32,000 bases of DNA from an uncultured Alphaproteobacteria bacterium (GTDB lineage Bacteria; Pseudomonadota; Alphaproteobacteria; Rhizobiales; Beijerinckiaceae). A program made the translations under genes and the position numbers. Positions 25,640-32,000 of the stretch are shown here, piece after piece. The notes under the pieces are model-generated. The model did no database searches, was not told the DNA's origin, and saw only the letters and a program-made list of their open reading frames with translations. The DNA lies in contig CAVWXV010000021.1 of NCBI GenBank assembly GCA_963759185.1, positions 69,247 through 101,246 of the forward strand, read 5' to 3'. How positions within the stretch are numbered: the first letter of the stretch is position 1; each line of letters starts with the position of its first letter.

Positions 25640-27486
25640 GGCTTGATCTCCTCTTCTTTAATTTCTTCTGCTGCGATCTCCTTTGCTGCGACCTCTTTTG
25701 CTTCGACCTCCTGGACGAATTTCTGAAGCGCGGCGATCTCATGCCGTGTGGTGAATTGATAGAAGCTTTCGGACGGATCGGCGCGATGGGCGAGATAGGT
25801 CTTGAGCAGGCGTTCGACAAGCTGCGGCGTCTTTTCGCTCGTCACATCGCGAAAGATCTCGCGGCCGATCGCGGCGGTTGAGCCGAAGCCGCCGCCGACG
25901 AAGAGATGATAGCCGTCGACCGTGTCGCCCTCGTCATTGATCGGCACGCGTGCGCCCAAAAGGCCGATGTCGCCGATATAATGCTGGGCGCAGGAATTGT
26001 GGCACCCGGTCAAATGGATATTGATCGGCTGATCGAGCCTGATGCGGCTTTCGCACCAGGCGGCGATCTCTTCCGCATGGCCCTTTGTGTCGGAGGCGGA
26101 GAATTTGCAGCCGCGCGAGCCGGTGCAGGCGACGAGCCCCGCGCGAATGCTCGACGCCTTCCAGTCGAGGCCGATCTTTTCGATCCGCTCTTGCGCCTCT
26201 TGCAGCCGAGCCTCGGCAATGCCGGAGATCAGCAGATTCTGCCAGACGGTGAGCCTGATGTCGCCGTCGCCGCAGTCGCGGGCGATGGCTGCGAGTTCGC
26301 GCATCTGCGCCGTCGTGATTTTGCCGACCGGCAGAACCACGCCGAGATAGAAAAGGCCGTCTTGCTTTTGGCGATGGACGCCGACATGCGCTTGCCGGCT
26401 CTGCATCGGCCGCGCCGCGACAAACCGATCATCGACGCGCGGCAAGGGATGTCCGAGCTTTGCTTCGACCGTTGCAAGAAATTTTTCGAATCCCCAAGCA
26501 TCGAGAACATATTTGAGCCGCGCCTTGGCGCGATTGGTGCGATCGCCATGATCGATGAAGACGCGCACGATCGCATCGGCGACTTTCGTCGCCTCGTCCG
26601 GTCTGATCACGACGCGCGTGTCGCGGGCGAGATCCTTATGGCCGGTGATGCCGCCGAGAACGACGCGGAAATAAAGGCCCGGCGGAGCCGATGCGCCATC
26701 TTGCACTTCCACCGCCTGGAAGCCGATATCATTGGTGTCTTCGAGCGTCGGAACAGCGCCGCCGCCATCGAAGGCGACATTGAATTTGCGCGGCAGGCCG
26801 GTCAACGAGCGATCGTTGAGAATATGAAAATGCCAGGCGCGCGCATAGGGCCGCGTGTCGATCAGTTCTTGCGGATCGATACCCGCCGTCGCATCGCCGG
26901 TGACATTGCGGATATTGTCGGCGCCGGCGCCGCGCGAGCACAATCCAAGATCGAGGATCGATTCCAATACATGCGTGGCATTCGCCGCCGCTATCTCCCT
27001 GATCTGCAGATTGGCGCGCGTCGTCACATGCGCATAGCCGCCGGCATAGTGGTCGGCGATATCGGCGAGCCCGGCCAATTGCCAATGGGTGAGAATGCCG
27101 TTTGGAATGCGCAGCCGGCACATATAGGAATCCTGCGCCGGCGCGACATAGAAGAGGCCGAGGAAACGCCAGCGGAAATTATCCGGCGGCTTCGGAAATT
27201 CGTCGCGCGCGGCCTGCTCTTCGAGCCGTGCATAGGCATCGAACGGATGCTGCTCGCGCTTCCATTTCTCCGGATCGGAAAGCTTTTGCCCAGCCGCTTC
27301 GAAGCGCGCCATGGCGGCGTGATGAGCCGCATCCGGGCCGCTTGCCGGTGCAGCCGGGGTAGTCTGTGGCGCCGCGGCCCCCGGGGGGACAAAGGCCGCG
27401 GCGCCGCGTCCGGCCCGCGCTACATTGAGGCCGGAAGCAAAACCTTCGAGATATCGCTTCTGCTCGGGCGTGAAATCGCCGCTCAT
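25636..27486 (-). CDS. NirA/CysI-family sirohaem-[4Fe-4S] nitrite/sulfite reductase
   Basis: 616 aa. Duplicated nitrite/sulfite-reductase ferredoxin-like halves are present, and the cluster-binding Cys are at ...CTGSRGCKFS...LTGCHNSCAQHY... The N-terminus is MSGDFTPEQKRYLEGFASGL. The C-terminal tail is made of E-[VI]-x-A-[KE] pentapeptide repeats. The substrate (sulfite or nitrite) cannot be decided from sequence alone. Confidence 0.85.
   Translation of the reverse strand: MSGDFTPEQKRYLEGFASGLNVARAGRGAAAFVPPGAAAPQTTPAAPASGPDAAHHAAMARFEAAGQKLSDPEKWKREQHPFDAYARLEEQAARDEFPKPPDNFRWRFLGLFYVAPAQDSYMCRLRIPNGILTHWQLAGLADIADHYAGGYAHVTTRANLQIREIAAANATHVLESILDLGLCSRGAGADNIRNVTGDATAGIDPQELIDTRPYARAWHFHILNDRSLTGLPRKFNVAFDGGGAVPTLEDTNDIGFQAVEVQDGASAPPGLYFRVVLGGITGHKDLARDTRVVIRPDEATKVADAIVRVFIDHGDRTNRAKARLKYVLDAWGFEKFLATVEAKLGHPLPRVDDRFVAARPMQSRQAHVGVHRQKQDGLFYLGVVLPVGKITTAQMRELAAIARDCGDGDIRLTVWQNLLISGIAEARLQEAQERIEKIGLDWKASSIRAGLVACTGSRGCKFSASDTKGHAEEIAAWCESRIRLDQPINIHLTGCHNSCAQHYIGDIGLLGARVPINDEGDTVDGYHLFVGGGFGSTAAIGREIFRDVTSEKTPQLVERLLKTYLAHRADPSESFYQFTTRHEIAALQKFVQEVEAKEVAAKEIAAEEIKEEEIKP
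25642..25710 (-). repeat. In-frame 15-bp tandem repeat encoding the NirA-family C-terminal tail (EVEAK EVAAK EIAAE EIKEE EIKP)
   Basis: The plus-strand units are ttttgcttcgacctc / ctttgctgcgacctc / ttctgctgcgatctc / ctcttctttaatttc, plus a partial unit. Adjacent units differ at 2-4 positions, and the last full unit is more diverged. Confidence 0.8.
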
Positions 27487-27745
27487 TCAATAGCTCTCCG
27501 ATCAAGCCGTACCAACGGCCTTAGGCTGCGACGAACACGGCAGGGTGCAGGCACAGGCTCGCGGCGACGCCGATGGCGTCCCCGCATGCTGGCTTTTCTG
27601 CATCGGCCGGCGCTGGCGCAATGCGCAATCGAAGGTGAGTGCTCTTCAAGAGCGAGCGGACGCCCTTGTCCACATCGCAGCCGCGCAAATTCCTTGCGCA
27701 AATCCAATCATTGTCTTGCCTGCCGCTCAGCGCGGCAGCCCATTC

Positions 27746-28273
27746 TCAAGCTTCAGTGCTCGCAGGCGCCGATGGCGGCGCGTCGGGGGAAATGCCGCGC
27801 GCTTCCGGATAGGCGGCATTGACCATGATGCCCGCGATGCGGGACAGCACGGCAACCCAGGCTTTGGCGACGATTTCGTTGAAATCCTCTTCGCCCAGCT
27901 TTTCACGCAGAGCCCAAAGCAAGGCCGACAGGAAAGGCTGGTAATCGGTGATCTTGACCCCGGCCTTCATATGGGTCACGCCGAGTTCCTGCATGGTGTT
28001 GAGCGTGTCATGCAGGCGGTTCATGCTGCGCGTCAGCAAGGCCAGCATATTGCCGAACTTCTGCTTCTGCTCTTCGATGTCGCCCTTGAAGAGTTCGCGC
28101 GTATGCGGCGCCGTCTCGAAGAGGCGTGCAAAGAAAATATCCCCGAGTGCCTTATTGGCCTCGTAAAGGGTCTTTGCGTAGCGCTGCAGAACCAATTCGC
28201 TGTTTCCTTCCGGACGCGGCGGGATGATGCGCGCAAGCGTCCGTTTCACGATTTCGACGTCTTCGTTATTCAT
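27746..28273 (-). CDS. Single-domain globin (sensor-globin / 'hemin receptor'-type family)
   Basis: From the internal ATG at 28273 (AGGGG upstream): MNNEDVEIVKRTLARI...FFARLFETAPHTRELFKGDIEEQKQKFGNMLALL...ELGVTHMKAGVKITDYQPFLSALLWALREKLGEEDF... This matches the FYxRLFExxPxxxxLFKGDMxxQxxKL...LGxxHxxYGV globin pattern with a proximal His. The ORF-track start at 28423 adds 50 unlikely residues. Confidence 0.75.
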   Translation of the reverse strand: MNNEDVEIVKRTLARIIPPRPEGNSELVLQRYAKTLYEANKALGDIFFARLFETAPHTRELFKGDIEEQKQKFGNMLALLTRSMNRLHDTLNTMQELGVTHMKAGVKITDYQPFLSALLWALREKLGEEDFNEIVAKAWVAVLSRIAGIMVNAAYPEARGISPDAPPSAPASTEA

Positions 28274-28461
28274 TGCTTGACCCCTGAATTGCACCCTTCG
28301 GCATTGCGTCACCATGCGTTGACACATCATCCATGGCGGCGCGATCCACCATGCAATGACGCCCTCCGCGACATTTTCCGCACGTGGCGCAATTCTCGTG
28401 CCGCGACCAAAATTTGGGATCAACCGAAGACGTCATCGTCTCCATGCATTCGGAAGAGGCC

Positions 28462-28575
28462 CTAGAGCATTTTCAGCAAAAGTGGATACCGGTTTTGCGT
28501 CCGAAAATGCTCTAGCTTCTTGAATGAGAGCGGTTTCGAACAGGTTTGATGTGGACATCAAACCTGAAACCGCTC
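28462..28575. repeat. Family-A palindromic intergenic element, copy 3
   Basis: The termini are CTAGAGCATTTTC (28462-28474) / GAAAATGCTCTAG (28503-28515), enclosing GCAAAAgtggataccggTTTTGC. A long hairpin follows: GAGCGGTTTC-gaac-AGGTTTGATGT gg ACATCAAACCT-GAAACCGCTC (28528-28575). A partial relative (ccgacttttcggttaagagc) lies at 29145-29164. Confidence 0.8.
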
Positions 28576-28983
28576 CGCCGCTTGCTCCCAGCTGCGGGAG
28601 CGGTGTCGAAGCGCCGGCGACATGCCTGTCGCATGACTGCCTGGAAGCGGCAGAGGAGTGGTCGAACGTCTTTGTTCGAACCCGGCGGGCTTGGCTCATC
28701 CGAAGTCGCCGTTCGGCTCCAGCCCAAGGCTGCAGAGAACGACCTGCCAAAACTCAAGCAAGAAGCGCGCCAAATTTAATGGGCTGGTTTCTGATCAGGC
28801 GCGCCTTTCGGCTTGATCCGGATCGGTAAATCGGGCATATGGCCGGCTCTCGGAGCGTACCGAAGCATTTGGTCTGGCTTGGCCCTTTGGCCGGCCCGCG
28901 AATGCTTTGCGCAGCGCCCGACTGCACTGACCGTGCTCGTCATGAAACCTGGCCGGTCGAGGTTTGTGAAAAGGGTCGGCCCT

Positions 28984-29109
28984 ATGAAAGTTCGTAATTC
29001 GCTCAAGTCCTTGCGCGGGCGCCACCGCAACAACCAGCTGGTCCGCCGCAAGGGCCGCGTCTATATCATCAACAAGGTGCAAAAGCGCTACAAGGCGCGG
29101 CAGGGCTAG
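28984..29109 (+). CDS. rpmJ: 50S ribosomal protein L36
   Basis: [41 protein letters not shown] (41 aa). This is the Cys-less L36 form typical of alphaproteobacteria, embedded in a longer track ORF. Confidence 0.9.
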   Translation: MKVRNSLKSLRGRHRNNQLVRRKGRVYIINKVQKRYKARQG

Positions 29110-29398
29110 TCGCAAGGGCCAATATCTGGCTTTCGATCGGCGGCCCGACTTTTCGGTTAAGAGCTTGGCTGTGCGCCCGAGGCCTCGCGGGCTTTTGAAT
29201 TCGTGGCCGCCGCTTCGTCGCGCAGAATGAGCGAGATGCCGAAATGGCAAGCGGCGCGGAATGGAGCGCCGCCGGGCATGGCTTTGTGTCAGGCTGGCCC
29301 GACCCGGGGCGGAAAGCTCTCTTGAACGGGGCAGACGGGGTAAGGCGCCCGTGGCGCTGCCTCGCGAAGAAAAGCCAGATGGAGAAGGTTGGAGGCCA

Positions 29399-30238
29399 AT
29401 GCGGTCGCGCTTTTCCCTTTCACTGATGATCGTCGGTTTTGCCGTTTGGCTGCCGCTGCAGTTGGCTTTGCTCGTTCCGGGCATGGCCTTGGCTGCCGGG
29501 GCGACGAGCGAATTCGGCCCCGGCTGGATCGAAGAAGATGACGCGCCGAATGTGCCACCGGGAGCCATCCCGCGATTTCCCGGCATGCCGCCGATCCAAG
29601 TGATGCCGGACGGACGCATCCTGCGCCCGCAAGCAGCCGATCCGCGCCGGATTGGTGCGATGAAACCGAGCCTCTCGCCGGAGGAACAGGCCAAGGCTGC
29701 CAAGGCGGAGGCGCTGAAGCGGGCGATGGCGCCGCAAAAGACGCATGCGGAAATTCGCACCGAGATGCTCGACGCTTTGTTCAAACATCTCGGCAAGGCG
29801 GCCGATGCCGATGAAGCGAATGGGATTGCCGAGGCGATCGAGCGGATCTGGCTGCGGTCTGATTCGGCGACCGCCAATCTATTGATGGAGCGCGGCCTTG
29901 CCGCAATGCAGGCGAGGCATCTGCCGCTGGCGCTCATGCTTTTCGACAAGCTCCTGGCCCTGGAACCGGCTTGGCCGGAAGCTTGGGAAAAACGCGCTAC
30001 GACGCGCTTGCTCGGCGGCGATGTCGACGGTGCCGTTGCCGATCTGCGGCAGGTTCTGAAGCTTGAGCCGCGGCATTTTTCGACGCTCGCCGCTTTGGGC
30101 TTCGTCTTGCACCGCGAGGGCTTCGACAAGGAGGCGCTTGCGGTTTTGCGCAAATCGCTCGCGCTTGATCCGCAGCAGCCGCAGATCAAGGATCTGGTCG
30201 ACAAGCTCGGCGTCGCAGTCGAGGGCCGGGATATTTAA
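29399..30238 (+). CDS. TPR-repeat protein with N-terminal signal/anchor
   Basis: The start MRSRFSLSLMIVGFAVWLPLQLALLVPGMALAAG follows GGAGG. The C-terminal part has TPR-like units (…ALMLFDKLLALEPAWPEAWEKRATTRLLGGDVDGAVADLRQVLKLEPRHFSTLAALGFVLHREGFDKEALAVLRKSLALDP). Confidence 0.75.
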   Translation: MRSRFSLSLMIVGFAVWLPLQLALLVPGMALAAGATSEFGPGWIEEDDAPNVPPGAIPRFPGMPPIQVMPDGRILRPQAADPRRIGAMKPSLSPEEQAKAAKAEALKRAMAPQKTHAEIRTEMLDALFKHLGKAADADEANGIAEAIERIWLRSDSATANLLMERGLAAMQARHLPLALMLFDKLLALEPAWPEAWEKRATTRLLGGDVDGAVADLRQVLKLEPRHFSTLAALGFVLHREGFDKEALAVLRKSLALDPQQPQIKDLVDKLGVAVEGRDI

Positions 30239-30326
30239 GACTTGATCCCGAAACGCCGCAGAGGCTCGCGATCTGAGCCGGCATGCCGGCGTAGAGCGAC
30301 CGCAGCTGGCGAAATCTGCGGCAAAA

Positions 30327-31760
30327 TCAGTCCGCCTTGCCGTCGATATAGGCGATCCTGACCATATTGGTCGCGCCCGGCGTTCCGAAGGGGACACCGG
30401 CGACGATGATCACCCGCTCGCCCGAACCGGCGAAACCTTCGGTCCGTGCGTTGGCACAGGCGCGGTTCGCCATATCGTCGACATCATGCGCATCCTCGGT
30501 GACGAGAGCATGGACCCCCCAGACAACGGCGAGGCGGCAGGCCGTCTCATGGCTCGGCGTCAGCGCGAGAATGGGCGATTCCGGCCGCTCTCGCGCAATG
30601 CGCAAGGCCGTCGAGCCCGAGGACGTCCAGGCGACGATGGCCTTGAGATCGAGCGTTTCGGCGACATTGCGCGCGGCGGAGGCGATGGCGTCGGCGCCGG
30701 TCGCTTCCGGCACCGGGCGCTGGGCATTGATGATCGACCGATAATAGGGGTCCTGTTCGACCTCTTCGGCGATCTTGTTCATCATGGTCACGGCTTCTAC
30801 CGGATAGCGGCCCGACGCGCTTTCGGCCGAGAGCATGATCGCATCGGCGCCTTCGAACACGGCGGTTGCGACATCGGAGACTTCGGCCCGGGTCGGCACC
30901 GGCAAGGCGATCATCGATTCGAGCATCTGTGTCGCGACGACGACGGGCTTGCCGAGCCGTCGCGACATGCGGGTCATGCGCTTCTGCAGGCCCGGAACTT
31001 TTTCGAGCGGCATTTCGACGCCGAGATCGCCGCGCGCCACCATCAGCCCATCGGAAATCTCGATGATCTCTTCGAGCCGCGAGATCGCCTGCGGCTTCTC
31101 GATCTTCGCCATGATGAAGGCGCGCCCGCGCACGAGCTTTTTCACCTCGGCGACGTCATCGGCGCGCTGCACGAAGGAGACGGCGACCCAATCGACACCC
31201 TCATTCAGCCCGGCATCGAGATCGACACGGTCCTTATCGGTCATTGAGGAGACGGAGATCTCCGTATCGGGCAGGCTCACGCCCTTGCGGTTGGAAATCA
31301 TACCCGCCACATCGACGACCGCCACCGCCTTTTGCGGATGCGCCTCGATGATATGGAGGCGAACCTTGCCGTCGTCGATCAGAACCGCATGGCCCGGCCG
31401 CAAGGCCCGCAGGATCTCCGGATGCGGCAGGTGCACGCGGCCGATATCGCCAGGAGCTGGATCCGAATCGAGGACGAAATGTGCGCCGCGGCTCAGTTGG
31501 ACCGCGCCATCCTTGAAGGTTCCGACCCTGAGCTTGGGGCCCTGAAGATCGAGCAATATGCCGATCGGCCGGCCGAATTCGGTCTCCAGCGAGCGGATCA
31601 TGCGCACCCTTTCGCGCATGTCGTCATGGCTCGCATGGCTCATATTGATCCGAAAGACGTCGACTCCCGCGCGAAACAGCTCGGCAATGACGGTGCGGTC
31701 GGCCGAGGCGGGACCCAAAGTCGCGATGATCTTGCAGCGGCGGAGCCGTCGCATCGGCAT
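30327..31760 (-). CDS. pyk: Pyruvate kinase
   Basis: 477 aa: KIIATLGPAS...FRINMSHASH...MAKIEKPQAI...MVARGDLGVEMP...ATQMLESM... Confidence 0.93.
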   Translation of the reverse strand: MPMRRLRRCKIIATLGPASADRTVIAELFRAGVDVFRINMSHASHDDMRERVRMIRSLETEFGRPIGILLDLQGPKLRVGTFKDGAVQLSRGAHFVLDSDPAPGDIGRVHLPHPEILRALRPGHAVLIDDGKVRLHIIEAHPQKAVAVVDVAGMISNRKGVSLPDTEISVSSMTDKDRVDLDAGLNEGVDWVAVSFVQRADDVAEVKKLVRGRAFIMAKIEKPQAISRLEEIIEISDGLMVARGDLGVEMPLEKVPGLQKRMTRMSRRLGKPVVVATQMLESMIALPVPTRAEVSDVATAVFEGADAIMLSAESASGRYPVEAVTMMNKIAEEVEQDPYYRSIINAQRPVPEATGADAIASAARNVAETLDLKAIVAWTSSGSTALRIARERPESPILALTPSHETACRLAVVWGVHALVTEDAHDVDDMANRACANARTEGFAGSGERVIIVAGVPFGTPGATNMVRIAYIDGKAD

Positions 31761-32000
31761 GTCCTTTTCTTCAGTGTGGAGTTTCTAGCAGTGCAGCGCG
31801 GATGGACATAAGGCACAAGGGACGAAAATCACGCCCTTTGAATGGCGCGGTTTATAGCTCATTTTTGTGACGGCAAGCCCGACGCCGGAAAATGATCGGT
31901 CCTTTGGCCGAGCGAGGCCATCATAGTTTCGAGTTTGGTACCGGGCGCGCCCTGACGCAAGTCGAAGCGGGTCGCCGCTGACGCGGCCGCAGGTTTCGCA

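Noticed and set aside
28655-28700. tRNA-like T-loop string (tgttcgaaccc)
   Set aside because: No acceptor stem, D-arm or anticodon arm could be assembled around it, and there is no CCA-proximal pairing. It is a fortuitous GTTCGAA palindrome.
30239-30326. Terminator between the convergent TPR gene and pyk (GCCGGCATGCCGGC palindrome; CCGCAG-n10-CTGCGG)
   Set aside because: The stems are short and neither strand has a following U tract. They may still act as a terminator but cannot be called with confidence.
31859-32000. Possible 3' end of a minus-strand gene entering from the right edge (frame ending ...FDLRQGAPGTKLETMMASLGQRTDHFPASGLPSQK-stop at 31859-31861)
   Set aside because: Only 47 codons are visible, no motif is recognisable, and another frame is also open. 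The evidence is insufficient to report a feature.

Overview
The window looks like a high-GC alphaproteobacterial chromosome segment. The taxonomic placement (Hyphomicrobiales/Rhizobiales-like) is an inference from gene content, gene order and intergenic repeat style. Most of it is housekeeping. On the minus strand: DUF4164-zapA. On the plus strand: gap-pgk-fba(class I)-ThiE-like-Sel1 repeat protein, then a FUSC-family membrane protein. xerC and a DUF1476/zeta-like protein follow on the minus strand. On the plus strand again: purC-(Uma2 endonuclease)-purS-purQ-purL-bolA-grxD. A minus-strand cluster encodes globin / NirA-family sirohaem reductase / CysJ-like flavoprotein. The window ends with rpmJ, a TPR protein and pyk.

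The left 5.4 kb is visibly lower in GC and looks accessory. It holds a 3'-truncated monohaem cytochrome fused to a putative beta-barrel (Cyc2-like architecture), a Tat-signal HiPIP plus a decayed duplicate of its leader, and three dihaem c4-type cytochromes. Two of the c4 genes are inverted paralogues around an IS3-family transposase remnant.

Other points:
- gap and purQ each carry a +1 frameshift beside a short A run. This may be a sequencing artefact or a real lesion.
- About 1.1 kb between DUF4164 and the repeat element upstream of gap appears non-coding.
- A perfect 18-bp-arm palindrome abuts the gap ribosome-binding site.
- Two families of palindromic intergenic repeats recur through the window.
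- There is a decayed cold-shock gene and a small Cys-containing ORF in an AT-richer pocket.

No rRNA, tRNA or CRISPR array was recognised. The many long Arg/Ala-rich ORFs antisense to real genes are treated as high-GC shadow ORFs.
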